From a candidate division WOR-3 bacterium (GTDB taxonomy: Bacteria > Hydrothermota > Tepidihabitantia > B3-TA06), in NCBI GenBank assembly GCA_965649265.1, contig CBFGKC010000003.1, positions 151,217 to 215,216 of the forward strand: a stretch of DNA of 64,000 nt. Reading direction: 5' to 3'. Numbering within the stretch: the first letter of the stretch is position 1; each line of letters starts with the position of its first letter. The notes under the pieces were generated by a model that saw nothing but the letters and a program-made list of their open reading frames with translations, ran no database searches and had not been told where the DNA came from. This document shows positions 9,636 through 19,806 of the stretch, one piece after another. The position numbers were made by a program, and so were the translations under genes.

Positions 9636-10856
9636 ATGATTCTGACAATCCTAAGCCTCTTGTGCTCGAGCCATGAAGCAACCGAGTTCGGGTCCTTATC
9701 CCGGGAATGGGCCCAGGAGGCTCGAAGAGAAGGATGGCGAATCGATTCAACCGATGCGGAGGTTTTAGAGGAAACGATGCGGGACTTTGGTCCGTACCTC
9801 GAATCCGTTATAGGCAAGGCAAAGCTCTCAAGGGTCGAAAGAAGGATAAAAACGCCTTACGACGTCTCAGACGCACTCGATAAGGTCACCGGAAGGCGCT
9901 TCGGCGAGTATTATCCCTCCTTTTACTCTTACTGCGAATCGGAAAGCCGCATATCCGATACTTCGTGGCTCTCGCGCGAGAGCGAGCACTTCATATTTCT
10001 CTACCATCCGGGAAGCCGGGCTGCCCAGGACGTGGCACTTATCGAAAAGGTCTGCGAGCAGGCCTTTGATGATATAACGGGCATCCTTTCCCCTGACTCG
10101 TCTCAACGTTCGAGGCTGGAAAGGGTAATCATGACGGGAGGTCAGGAGCCTTACTACTCCGGCGGGAAAATCCCTGTCAGGCTGCACCCGAATCGTTCAG
10201 GCGTCGGCGGATACGAGGAGTCGTCGGGCGGACAGACCGGTTTTCGCCCGGTATGGTTCGCCGATACGGTCGGCTACGCCTTGTGGATTAACCTCGGGTA
10301 TCCCGGTCCCGTAGGCCTTTTCGGAATTCCCCACGAGGTTGCGCATTCACTCGCGCTTCTCTATCTTTCAAACGAGGCTCTCCTTGCAGGCCTCATGAGG
10401 GGTGGCGCAAACGTCACCTCAAACAAGCTGAGGGCTGCGGTTCTGCCTGACGATCTCCTGCGGCTGGAGGGCTGGGCTTACATGATTCAGAACAACTACT
10501 CCGCCTACGTCCGCCTGAATCTCTGGCGCTCATCGCGCGAAGCCATGGCCTCCGCGTCGGCACGTTTCGGATTTCCCGACGCGTTCAACCTCTTAAACGG
10601 CGAAGTCTCAAAAACCGCTCTCGAACGCACACTCTCCGTGCTCGGTATGGATAAGTCCGTTGACTACGCCGAAAGGATGCGGTACTTCTTCTCCGCCGCG
10701 GACATGATCCGCTATCTCTATGAACGCTACGGTTCCGAAAAGCTTGCACGCTTCCTTGCCGACCAGCGCGAACCCATGGAGGCACTTCTTGCCGTCTACT
10801 CTCTGACGCCCTACGCACTCGAGGATGACTGGAAGAAGGATGTTGTTTCTGAATAA
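9636..10856 (+). CDS. secreted peptidase MA-like (gluzincin) metallohydrolase
   Basis: Signal-like N-terminus; HEVAH motif with downstream LEGWA; YL.ERYG..KL..FL and LE.DW tail. Confidence 0.7.
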   Translation: MILTILSLLCSSHEATEFGSLSREWAQEARREGWRIDSTDAEVLEETMRDFGPYLESVIGKAKLSRVERRIKTPYDVSDALDKVTGRRFGEYYPSFYSYCESESRISDTSWLSRESEHFIFLYHPGSRAAQDVALIEKVCEQAFDDITGILSPDSSQRSRLERVIMTGGQEPYYSGGKIPVRLHPNRSGVGGYEESSGGQTGFRPVWFADTVGYALWINLGYPGPVGLFGIPHEVAHSLALLYLSNEALLAGLMRGGANVTSNKLRAAVLPDDLLRLEGWAYMIQNNYSAYVRLNLWRSSREAMASASARFGFPDAFNLLNGEVSKTALERTLSVLGMDKSVDYAERMRYFFSAADMIRYLYERYGSEKLARFLADQREPMEALLAVYSLTPYALEDDWKKDVVSE

Positions 10857-11130
10857 GAAGGATTCGACGCCTGGAGAAGCCTGGTACGTTTACATCCTTC
10901 AGTGTTCGGACGGCTCCCTTTACACCGGCGTCGCAAAGGATGTATTCGTGCGGCTTGCCGAGCACAACTCGGGCAAGGGTGCGCGCTATACCCGGAGTCG
11001 CAAGCCCTGTCTCCTTAGATTCTTCGAGCGCCACCCGACCCGTTCGAGCGCGCAGGCCGAAGAGGCGAGGATCAAGCGCATGTCGCGCGATGAGAAGATT
11101 GCATTCCTGAGCCGCTGCCCGGCGGAGTAA
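10840..11130 (+). CDS. GIY-YIG nuclease (YhbQ/UPF0213-like)
   Basis: WYVYILQCSDGSLYTG, RL.EHN.GKGARYTR.R.P, A..EE..IK. Confidence 0.92.
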   Translation: MLFLNKKDSTPGEAWYVYILQCSDGSLYTGVAKDVFVRLAEHNSGKGARYTRSRKPCLLRFFERHPTRSSAQAEEARIKRMSRDEKIAFLSRCPAE

Positions 11131-11307
11131 GCCCTCCTCCCCCTCCTCAGCAGAATTCCATTCTGCCCATGCGCCCCCGGCGCTAGCCCCCCCTCAGAAA
11201 CTCTTAGCGAATATCTTTTTCTTATTTGAGATGTTTCTCACGAAGTGGAGTTTTACATCCAAGCGATAATATTCAAGCAAAACTTCTCATGGCACCCGGC
11301 GCTATCA

Positions 11308-11557
11308 TTGATGTGTAAATATGAAGTGGCGGAAGCAGAGCTTGCGCCCGGCGCCCCTGGCGCTCATCATTTGATGTGTAAATATGAAGTGGCGGAAGCA
11401 GAGCTTGCGCCCGGCGCCCCTGGCGCTCATCATTTGATATGTAGATGTGAATGGCGGAAGCGAAGCTTGCGCCCAGCGCCCCTGGCGCTCATCATTTGAT
11501 ATGTAGATGTGAATGGCGGAAGCGAAGCTTGCGCCCAGCGCCCCTGGCGCTAGCCCT
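11308..11557. repeat. four tandem 62-63 bp palindrome-containing repeats (family A)
   Basis: Units start 11308, 11371, 11434, 11496; ttgatgtgtaaatatgaagtggcggaagcagagcttgcgcccggcgcccctggcgctcatcat; units 1=2 and 3~4; no spacers. Confidence 0.95.
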
Positions 11558-11625
11558 CCCCGCCTTCCTCAGTCCTCCTCAGTAACCTTCTTAACGACTC
11601 CATGGTTTTTGGGAAATTATCCAGA

Positions 11626-11670
11626 AGCCATTCGGTCGAACGAAATTCAACATGCCGGATTCAAGTCGCT
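11626..11670 (+). repeat. dispersed repeat family B, degenerate copy
   Basis: agccattcggtcgaacgaa...catgc shared with 28056-28130 (reverse) and 38895-38985. Confidence 0.75.
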
Positions 11671-11836
11671 GTCCATCGCTTCGGTTTCCCTAAGATTCCC
11701 TGGTTTACCTGCCCATCCTTGACAATCAAATCAAATATTGTATCATCTTTTGTCAAGCTCGTACCCGGAGGTATGTATCGACACAATCATCATTCTGGAA
11801 AGTTGCAGCTTTTTAAAGGTTCTGCGGAAGTGAAAA

Positions 11837-12601
11837 GTGAGGCTGAAATCATTTCTTGCCTGTCTGTCGGGCCTTCTTGTTGTTTCGATGGCATGTCCGG
11901 CAAGGAAATCTGACATGACGACGAGTTCCGATTTTCGAATAATCATCCTTGACGGTGACTGGCAAAGCCTGAACCTGGGATACGAGTCCGGCAACGCGGT
12001 CTCGACACTCAAGACTCTCGACACATCTAAGGCGCTTTTTACGTTAAACCTCGACGCGATCGAAAGCTACGACTGGGACAAGCAGAAGATTACCCTTACG
12101 CAGGACGCGACCAATGCGCTTGCGCAAAGCCTTGAAAAGGCAGGCAGACTGACAGATGGGGTCGAGAAGCTGAAGAGTCTCAAAAACAGCATGGGCTGGG
12201 GAAATCCGCTCCAGTCAGCGTTGTACACTCGCGTATTTCTGATCGAACTCAACGAAGATATCCTTTACTGCGGTATCTTTCTGGACGCGACCTCGCAAAT
12301 GCCCATCAACTATCCGGTCGCAAGGGTAATGCTCGATGGCGGCAAGGCCGTGATCGCGCTTCTTCCTATACACATCCCTTTCGTTAACGAGGACCCGGTT
12401 GACGGTTCAGGAAATATCCGCGGTCTTGTCGTAACAGATGAGGCCAGGGCAGATATTGCGGATTTGAATCGCAAGGACTCGTTTGCAGACAAGTGGATCT
12501 GCAACCTGGCAACGAGCCCCGGGGCGGTCGAGCACCGCAAACTGCAGAGGGACCCGAGAATCAAAAGGATTCTGGAAGCCTCGGGTAAAATCGGCGAGTA
12601 A
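11837..12601 (+). CDS. hypothetical lipoprotein
   Basis: 254 aa ORF; lipoprotein-like signal LLVVSMAC; upstream TTGACA-N16-TATCAT at 11719. Confidence 0.65.
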   Translation: MRLKSFLACLSGLLVVSMACPARKSDMTTSSDFRIIILDGDWQSLNLGYESGNAVSTLKTLDTSKALFTLNLDAIESYDWDKQKITLTQDATNALAQSLEKAGRLTDGVEKLKSLKNSMGWGNPLQSALYTRVFLIELNEDILYCGIFLDATSQMPINYPVARVMLDGGKAVIALLPIHIPFVNEDPVDGSGNIRGLVVTDEARADIADLNRKDSFADKWICNLATSPGAVEHRKLQRDPRIKRILEASGKIGE

Positions 12602-12736
12602 AATGCCACTCAGGGCAATCATTAAAAAAGCTATCACGAGCGATACTTTTAGTTAATATTCCTTGATTCACCCCTTGACAAAGTTGCCTTAAGGGTTATT
12701 ATTTTTTACACAATCATCCAACCGGAGGAGCGTAAA

Positions 12737-14188
12737 ATGAAAAAATTCTTCATTATATTATTTGCAGCTATAGTGGGAGCGTTGGCGGTCGAGTGGGATG
12801 TGGAGCAGGTTACACCGGCATCCGAGCCTTACAACTACTGCCCTGTTCTTGCCCTGGATGACCAGGGATCGGCATACATCCTCTACTACCAGTGGAACGA
12901 GCAACCTCTTCTCAAGGTGGCATCCAACGCAACCGGCGCGTGGAAGACGAGAATGGTTACTCACCTGACCGAAGCCTTCGGTGAGATTTTCAGCATCGAT
13001 GTCGACTCAACGGGTCATCCGTATGCCGCTTACATGGACTCGGCCGGTCCGGGCAAGTACGATATATTCCTTGCGACCGATACCACGGGCATGTTCGCAT
13101 CGTACAATCTGACCGACGATGAAGCTTACGATTGGGCGCCCGTCATAAGAATCGGGAATTTCGATCACATCAATCTGATTTACATAAGCCAGATGCAGCT
13201 TTACTGGAACTGGTTTTCCATAAACGATTCTTTAATGCAGCCGACAACCTCCAACCTGAATCAGGAAGGCTACCTTGGCAACGATATCGCTTTTTTTGAG
13301 GGCGAAACTTCAATGAATGACAGGTACTGCGCTCTTTATATAGGCGATGACGGCTTTTTGTGGCTGACTCAATACAACATAGTAAATCTCGGACTGAACC
13401 AGAGTACGGAGCACTGGAACGAGTCGAAGGTCAGCAACGAAACGAGCTTCTGGCCTTCGGCAGAGTTCGACGGGTCCGGCTATCTACATGTCGCTTTCAC
13501 TGGCGGATTTTATCCTAGTACGATCCGTTACGGGACGAACCCGGCGCCGAATACGGTTTACGAAGCGGCGTCGACCACGGGTCCGGAGGAAACCATGAAC
13601 GAACGTCCCTCTCTCACTCTCGGACCGTCCGGAGACCCCCACATCGCATGGATGCGCTCGCTGCAAGTAAACGATACCGTCTGGCAGTACGATATCTACT
13701 ACACTCATAAAACGCAGTCGGGCTGGGAGGAGGAGGCCGTGACCTCCACACTCGATCGTGACGAGAGACCCGGCTACGGTCATTACTTCGCGATAGACGC
13801 CCAGGGTTACGGTCACATTGTATGGTCTGCGCCCGACACCACGGACTGGATCGATCACATCTTTCATGCAAAATCAAAGACCCCGATTGCATCAGGCATA
13901 GTCGAAAACCCTCCTCCTTACCTTCCTCGCCCTCCACTGAACCTCCTCCTCTCACTCGAGACATACGGTTACGCAATCGCCTTCGACCTTCCCCGAGCCT
14001 GCCAGGTGAGTCTGGCGCTCTACGATGCGTCGGGCCGGCTGGTCGAAAAACTGGCTTCAGGTCTCTATCCTGCGGGCAGACACACAATCGAACTCGGCAC
14101 CCTGGAACATTCAGGAGGAGTTTATTTCGTAAGAGGCGAGATCGAGGGGCAGAAGGTAGGCACAAAACTCATCGTCTACAAGAAATAA
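12737..14188 (+). CDS. secreted beta-propeller-like protein with T9SS-type C-terminal sorting domain (paralog 1)
   Basis: RBS GGAGGAG; signal then AVEWDVEQV; repeated P.LALD..G.PHI.W units; CTD LYDASGRLV...GVYFVR. Confidence 0.85.
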   Translation: MKKFFIILFAAIVGALAVEWDVEQVTPASEPYNYCPVLALDDQGSAYILYYQWNEQPLLKVASNATGAWKTRMVTHLTEAFGEIFSIDVDSTGHPYAAYMDSAGPGKYDIFLATDTTGMFASYNLTDDEAYDWAPVIRIGNFDHINLIYISQMQLYWNWFSINDSLMQPTTSNLNQEGYLGNDIAFFEGETSMNDRYCALYIGDDGFLWLTQYNIVNLGLNQSTEHWNESKVSNETSFWPSAEFDGSGYLHVAFTGGFYPSTIRYGTNPAPNTVYEAASTTGPEETMNERPSLTLGPSGDPHIAWMRSLQVNDTVWQYDIYYTHKTQSGWEEEAVTSTLDRDERPGYGHYFAIDAQGYGHIVWSAPDTTDWIDHIFHAKSKTPIASGIVENPPPYLPRPPLNLLLSLETYGYAIAFDLPRACQVSLALYDASGRLVEKLASGLYPAGRHTIELGTLEHSGGVYFVRGEIEGQKVGTKLIVYKK

Positions 14189-14200
14189 ACAAGGGGAAAA

Positions 14201-15559
14201 GTGAAACTCTTCTTTGTGATTTTTACCGTCGGTGCCTGCTGCCTGACCGCGGTACAGTGGGAGTACGAAAAGGTTTTCGACGAAACTGAAATGTATTCCC
14301 ATGGTTCGAAGATTGCACTTGACGGGAACGATGCCCCGTACATACTATATTCCGCAGGGGAGTCCGAGGATCATGTCTACATCCTCAGGCTAGTAGAGCC
14401 TGAGGGCGAGAATCGGAATATCCTTGTTATTGACACGGTGCCCATATACAAGCTCACCTTCAGTTTTGATATCAATCCCGATAACGACGTCGTTATCGCT
14501 TACACCGATACGGTAATCCCTGGAATCAGCGAGCTTTACCTTGCGACATATCACGAAGGCGCTTTCGATTACGTCAATCTTACCGATAACTGGGTGCTTA
14601 AGCTTCGCCCGATAGTTCATGTGGGATCGGACGGGATTGTAAGGCTTGTTTATCTCGAGTTTATCGGCAATGTTGCCGATTTGCGCTACGGGTGGTACGA
14701 CGGCGAGACCTTTGAATCGGAATCTATACGGGACAGCACGGATTCCTATGGTAACGGATTCGATTTCTGTCTGGATGCCGCCAATCAGCCGCACGTATTT
14801 TTCATCGGCGACGACTACAATCTGCGGCACGCAACCCGGGCAGGAGCAGATAACTGGACGAGCAGTACGCTGGGAATGAAGGGATACCATCCCTCGGTTG
14901 CAATGGACAAGAAAGGTAACTTTCATATAGGCTGCGAGGATCCGCCAGATATAGGCTACCTGACCGATGCCTCAGGGTCGTGGACCGCGGAAACGGTGGC
15001 CGTTTCCGAAGGCGATGTGGACTGGATCCTGCCCTCTATTGCCCTGGACCCCCAGGACAACCCCCACATGATATGGTATACATGGATGGCTCCCTATCAC
15101 CAGCCTGCCGACATCGATATCTGGTTCTCCTCCAGAACCGACGGCTCATGGAGCGAACTGGAAGCCCTTCCTCCCGATCAGTCCAAGACACTCGGTGATT
15201 TCCGGATTGACCAGGAAGGCTACGGGTATGCATGCTATTCCATATATAAAGACTTGTACTACGCGAAAACGACCGAACCCCTGGCAGGGGGGGTAGTAGA
15301 GGCCGAACCCGGCATTGCGCCGGTTTCAATGGTTGTGTCGGGCAGCCGACTGCGTTTCGACTTGCCGCAGCCGGGCAATATCGCCATCTCCATTTACGAC
15401 GCATCAGGCAGGATGATCGATAAGCCGGCAACAGGATACTACCCGGCGGGTCAGAACGAGATGATTTTCAACACGAGCGCTTTTCCGGCGGGTGTCTACT
15501 TCGCGAGGCTGGAGTGGGGCGGCTCGTCGGCAAAAGCAAGGATGGTCTTAATCAAATAG
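14201..15559 (+). CDS. secreted beta-propeller-like protein with T9SS-type CTD (paralog 2)
   Basis: AVQWEYEKV; PSIALDPQDNPHMIW repeats; IYDASGR...GVYFARL. Confidence 0.85.
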   Translation: MKLFFVIFTVGACCLTAVQWEYEKVFDETEMYSHGSKIALDGNDAPYILYSAGESEDHVYILRLVEPEGENRNILVIDTVPIYKLTFSFDINPDNDVVIAYTDTVIPGISELYLATYHEGAFDYVNLTDNWVLKLRPIVHVGSDGIVRLVYLEFIGNVADLRYGWYDGETFESESIRDSTDSYGNGFDFCLDAANQPHVFFIGDDYNLRHATRAGADNWTSSTLGMKGYHPSVAMDKKGNFHIGCEDPPDIGYLTDASGSWTAETVAVSEGDVDWILPSIALDPQDNPHMIWYTWMAPYHQPADIDIWFSSRTDGSWSELEALPPDQSKTLGDFRIDQEGYGYACYSIYKDLYYAKTTEPLAGGVVEAEPGIAPVSMVVSGSRLRFDLPQPGNIAISIYDASGRMIDKPATGYYPAGQNEMIFNTSAFPAGVYFARLEWGGSSAKARMVLIK

Positions 15560-15580
15560 ATGCCGTGAGGATGATTGAGG

Positions 15581-15682
15581 AGGGCTAGCGCCAGAGGCGC
15601 TGGGCGCAAGCTCCGCTTCCGCCACTTCATATTTACGCATCAATGACAGTGCCGGAGGCGCATTGGCAGAATGGGATTCTGC
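15581..15682 (-). repeat. single inverted copy of family A repeat
   Basis: Reverse complement gcagaatcccattctgc..gcgcctccggc..ttgatgcgtaaatatgaagtggcggaagcggagcttgcgcccagcgcctctggcgctagccct matches 11150-11190 plus the 11308 unit. Confidence 0.9.
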
Positions 15683-15836
15683 AGATGGGGGCTCGAGGAG
15701 GACTCAAGGAGGGTAACAGGCGGCGTTTCGAATAAACTTGCCGCCGGAATAGGAATCTATACCTTTGTGGTAAGTAAAAAAACGATTCTGTAATAAACTG
15801 CAGGATCCAAAACTCTAACGTGGTTATGGAGGAAAC

Positions 15837-17228
15837 ATGAAAAAAACACTAATGGTTCTTTTCGCAGGAGCGTGCGCCCTTTCTGCCGTGGAGTGGCAAG
15901 TAGAGCAGGTTACAAATCAGACGGAATACGGCGCATACTCTCCCGTTCTTGCCCTGGATGCAGACGGAAAGGCCAGGATTTTATACCTGGATGAAATAAC
16001 GGGTCTCAAGGTGGCTTCAAACGCCGCAGGGCCATGGAACATCAAGCCTGTCGCCGAGGTGAACGAGACATACGCGTACAGCATAGACGTGGATGATTCG
16101 GGAACGAGTTATGTGGCCTATGATAACTTTGTGAGCGTGGATAATCCTGAAATCTTCTTCGCAACAGACAAGGGAGGTACATTTACACCCGTCAATATTA
16201 CTAACGATGCCGCGTATCAGGCAGCGCCGGTTTTAAAGCTTGACAACGATAATATTCCGCACGTCGTTTACGCCCAGGCTTTAGGTGAAGAAGATATTCA
16301 GTTATACCACGGCTGGATAGACGGTGTCGAGCTGCACGCCGAAAAAGTTACCGGCAATTTCTACCAGGACGATTATTCAGGCTACGACATGGTTTTTGAC
16401 CTTTCGGGTGACGTTCATATCTTCTATATTGGAGACGACTATTATCTGTGGCGCACCACGTCGGGTGAGCCGGCATGGATCAAAGAGAAGATCAACGAGC
16501 TTTCAAGCATGTGGCCGTCTGCCGTGGCTGATCCCATGGGTTCGTTGCACGTGGCATACGACGTAGACAATAAAAGTATCCACTACACCACGAACACAAA
16601 CGGAACCTGGCAGGATGAACTCGTCTCCGACGGCGGCTCTGAGTACGGCGGAAACGTGAGACCGTGTCTTGTACTCGACGTGTTCTACGGGTACCATGCC
16701 CAGGGCAGCCCGCACGTCGCGTGGATTCGGTACGACGACGAATACTGGGGCGACTTGTACTACTCGTCGAAACCCGAAGGAAGCTGGGTCGAAGAGGCGA
16801 TTACCTCTGAGCCCGGCAAGGACGAATGGCCCGGATACGGCCGCTACTTTGCGATAGACAACGAGAACTACGGTCACATCGTCTACGACTTTCCTGACGA
16901 AAACGATGTATGGCAGATCATGTATGCCAAAAGCAAGGAACCCCTTGCAGAACTTGTAGCCACAACTGAAGTTCCGCAGGTGCCCCCCTCCCCCTCCCTC
17001 AGGATCGAGGGTTCAAGGATATGTTTTGAACTTCCCCGAAGCTCCTTCGTCCGTTTGACCCTTTTCGACGCGACAGGCCGGATGGTTAAAGAATTGGCCT
17101 CAGGTACTTACCCGGCGGGTCGGAGCGAGATGACTGTGGTTTCCCGGGACCTTGCCCGGGGCGTCTACTTCGCAAGGCTCGAGTCGGAAGGCTTTTGCGC
17201 GAACGCAAGGATGGTCGTAATCGAATAA
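15837..17228 (+). CDS. secreted beta-propeller-like protein with T9SS-type CTD (paralog 3)
   Basis: AVEWQVEQV; strong similarity to paralog 1 (PGYG.YFAID...YGHIV); CTD LFDATGR...GVYFARL. Confidence 0.85.
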   Translation: MKKTLMVLFAGACALSAVEWQVEQVTNQTEYGAYSPVLALDADGKARILYLDEITGLKVASNAAGPWNIKPVAEVNETYAYSIDVDDSGTSYVAYDNFVSVDNPEIFFATDKGGTFTPVNITNDAAYQAAPVLKLDNDNIPHVVYAQALGEEDIQLYHGWIDGVELHAEKVTGNFYQDDYSGYDMVFDLSGDVHIFYIGDDYYLWRTTSGEPAWIKEKINELSSMWPSAVADPMGSLHVAYDVDNKSIHYTTNTNGTWQDELVSDGGSEYGGNVRPCLVLDVFYGYHAQGSPHVAWIRYDDEYWGDLYYSSKPEGSWVEEAITSEPGKDEWPGYGRYFAIDNENYGHIVYDFPDENDVWQIMYAKSKEPLAELVATTEVPQVPPSPSLRIEGSRICFELPRSSFVRLTLFDATGRMVKELASGTYPAGRSEMTVVSRDLARGVYFARLESEGFCANARMVVIE

Positions 17229-17244
17229 AAGGCACTTGAGCACG

Positions 17245-17271
17245 AAAAAAGGGCGCAATGTGCGCCCTTTT
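17245..17271 (+). terminator. intrinsic terminator
   Basis: aaaaaagggcgca-atg-tgcgccctttt hairpin plus T run. Confidence 0.85.
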
Positions 17272-17390
17272 ATTAGGGTCATATTTTTTACATCCTTGCT
17301 AGCACAATACACCTTTGAGTAATGGAATAAACTCAAAACAATGTTGTATGGCTAAGAGAACGTACAACGAACTTCGGTTCTGGAGGTATC

Positions 17391-18848
17391 ATGAAAAAAG
17401 CGCTTCTCGCTCTTTTCACAGGAGTGTGCGTTCTTTCCGCAGTGGAGTGGCAGATAGAACAAATAAACAACAACCCCGATTCAATAAGCGGCCTGCCGTC
17501 AATCGTCCTTGACCCTCAAGGCAATCCGAGAATCATTTTCTTTGAGGTCGAGAATGGAGCCTATGATAACGTTGCCTTTAAAGTGGCGGCGCATGACGCA
17601 AACCCATGGGTTACTGACGAGATCTGCAAGGTCTGGGATATCGGTTACATCCCAAGCATCGCTACCGATTCAAAAGGAAACACCTTCATTGCGTACGATG
17701 CTCGCGAAATTGAAGAAGACGACTACAGTGTCTTTCTTGCCTCGGATTCAAGCGGGACATACGGCTCCATGAGAGTTATCCCTGCTGACGGGTTTTGCTA
17801 TGAGATGCCTACCGTAAAGGTCGGTCCGGATGGCAAGATTCACCTGGCCTATCTCAGGTGGATTGTAGATGAATTTGAAGATATTTACATATACGAGGTC
17901 CGCTACGGGTATCTTGACGGCGAAGACTTCATTTCCGAGGTGATTGACGACAGCTTCCTTCTCTCCGAGGAGTCATATGGGCCTCCTGAAGGCTCCTCGC
18001 CCATAGACTTCGTACTCGTAAACGATGTTCCTAATGTTCTCTACGTCGACGGCGGCTCCAACCTTTGCCTCGCCGAGCGTATATCGGCTGGTAACTGGCA
18101 TGTCGATACCGTCCAGACGCGGTCATTGATGATTTCCGCAGCCGTTGACGCGCAGGGTAAGCTTCACCTCGCGTACCGAAAAGGCGAGTCATACGACAGC
18201 ATCTATTACTCGACCAACAAGACGGGTACATGGCAGCACGAATTCGTTGCAAAGGTTCAGGAGCCGGCAATCGGTAGCAATTTCGGAGGAAACAGCGCCT
18301 TCTCTCTGGATCTGGACCCCAAGGGCAACCCTCAAATCGTTTGGTGCGATTACCGGCTCTCGGATTTTTTCTCTGACATGTACCGCTCCTGGAAGACCCC
18401 GGGCGGATGGAGCAAGGAGCCCGTCGTTTCCGATCCTGACCTGGCCGAAGGTAACCAGTTCTGCCGTTTCTTCAAGATCGACGGCGAAGGCTACGGGCAC
18501 GTTGCCTATATGGCCGGCACCAGTGACGATGACATACAGGTTTACTACGCCAGGAGCAAGGAGCCGATAGGCGAGGTCTCGTCAGTGATAGAGAGCCCTC
18601 ATCGGGTTCCCCTCTACCTTTCTGTTGAGGGAGCGCGTATTCGCTTTGAACTTTCCCGGGCCTCTCTTATTCGCCTGACTCTCTACGACGCATCCGGACG
18701 TATGGTCAGGGAATTGGCCTCAGGTACCTGCCCGGCGGGTCGAAGCGAGGTAGCGGTCGACACGAAAAACCTTTCGTCCGGCGTCTACTTCGCAAGGCTC
18801 GAATCGAACGGCATCTCTGTGAACGCCAGGATGGTCGTAATAAAGTAG
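17391..18848 (+). CDS. secreted beta-propeller-like protein with T9SS-type CTD (paralog 4)
   Basis: AVEWQIEQI; FKIDGEGYGHVAY; CTD LYDASGR...GVYFARL. Confidence 0.85.
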   Translation: MKKALLALFTGVCVLSAVEWQIEQINNNPDSISGLPSIVLDPQGNPRIIFFEVENGAYDNVAFKVAAHDANPWVTDEICKVWDIGYIPSIATDSKGNTFIAYDAREIEEDDYSVFLASDSSGTYGSMRVIPADGFCYEMPTVKVGPDGKIHLAYLRWIVDEFEDIYIYEVRYGYLDGEDFISEVIDDSFLLSEESYGPPEGSSPIDFVLVNDVPNVLYVDGGSNLCLAERISAGNWHVDTVQTRSLMISAAVDAQGKLHLAYRKGESYDSIYYSTNKTGTWQHEFVAKVQEPAIGSNFGGNSAFSLDLDPKGNPQIVWCDYRLSDFFSDMYRSWKTPGGWSKEPVVSDPDLAEGNQFCRFFKIDGEGYGHVAYMAGTSDDDIQVYYARSKEPIGEVSSVIESPHRVPLYLSVEGARIRFELSRASLIRLTLYDASGRMVRELASGTCPAGRSEVAVDTKNLSSGVYFARLESNGISVNARMVVIK

Positions 18849-18864
18849 ATTACACTTGAGCACG

Positions 18865-18896
18865 AAAAAAAGGGGCGCGTGACGCGCCCCTTTTTT
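18865..18896. terminator. bidirectional intrinsic terminator
   Basis: aaaaaaaggggcgcgt-g-acgcgcccctttttt between convergent genes. Confidence 0.9.
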
Positions 18897-18911
18897 AATC
18901 TTTCGGGATAC

Positions 18912-19760
18912 TTACCAGGAGACTACCTCGAGCGTCGGGCGCTTGGAAGCATCGCCATCCTTTGAGCCGTAATCCCTGCGGCCCGCCGAAGAGATTTCGT
19001 CCCTGGCCCGGATCATTATTCCGTAATTGTTAATTCCCGCTATCCAGTTCTGCACAGCAGGAGTTACATCGACGTAAAAGGTGCCCACGGCGGCTATCGT
19101 GTCCGTGTAAGCTGCGAAGCTCGATGAGGAGGTGTTCGGCTGGTTATTCCAGTTCAGACTTCCGCCCTGCCAGTCATTCGAGATGGAGTAAAACAGCATA
19201 TAGAGAGTATCCGTCGGAAAATATTCCCTGTAAAGCCTCAAGCGGGCGCGGCGGAAGGTTTCGCCGGACGGTATCGGAGGGGTAAGGAATCTTATGAACG
19301 AACGGAAGTATCCGTTCTCGCTTTCTTCATATCCGACGAGCAAATACTCACCGTCGCCGTATGAGTTTGAAGGATATGCACTATAGGCGTAAGTGTCGTC
19401 TGTGGCATCGTACGCGTTAAAGGAAACCTCTACCGTAAGCTCAATTATGGCCGTGTCGGATTCAGAGTCTTTATTGGTCGCGATCACGGTTACCGTATCG
19501 ACGGTCGTCGTCCAGAGGAAATCGGGCGCGGTCCAGGTTGCCTCCTCGCCCGTGCCCTGAACGGTACCGAGCGAGGCGCTCCAGCTGTAGGTTACACCGG
19601 TCGTATCTTCGACGATACAGTGAAGGATTGTGCTCTGCCCGGGCATGAGGGCGGTATCGCCGGCATTAAGTTCCGTGATGGTTACCGGCGTCGGTTTGCT
19701 GCAGACCACGAGACCTGCCACGATAGCAAAGGAAGATATTATCAAAAGCGCACGTTTCAT
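18912..19760 (-). CDS. lipoprotein with Ig-like and DNRLRE/CBM96-like domain
   Basis: RBS AGGAGG; signal ...LVVC; DTY......P..YG....L.VG, RSFIRF, W....L.WNNQP, DVT.AVQ.W..G..NYG, P.LEV. Confidence 0.75.
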   Translation of the reverse strand: MKRALLIISSFAIVAGLVVCSKPTPVTITELNAGDTALMPGQSTILHCIVEDTTGVTYSWSASLGTVQGTGEEATWTAPDFLWTTTVDTVTVIATNKDSESDTAIIELTVEVSFNAYDATDDTYAYSAYPSNSYGDGEYLLVGYEESENGYFRSFIRFLTPPIPSGETFRRARLRLYREYFPTDTLYMLFYSISNDWQGGSLNWNNQPNTSSSSFAAYTDTIAAVGTFYVDVTPAVQNWIAGINNYGIMIRARDEISSAGRRDYGSKDGDASKRPTLEVVSW

Positions 19761-19806
19761 ACTGCCTCCTTTTGACTTTTGAACCCGGCAAGCTTCATCG
19801 AGCGGC

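Noticed and set aside
11308-11557. CRISPR array
   Set aside because: Units are contiguous near-identical repeats with no unique spacers, and no cas genes are in the window
11245-11722. ORFs 11245-11499 and 11513-11722
   Set aside because: Translations of the tandem repeat; the 62-bp unit breaks frame
12737-18848. Diversity-generating retroelement acting on the paralogs
   Set aside because: No reverse transcriptase, and no template/variable repeat pair with adenine-specific differences seen
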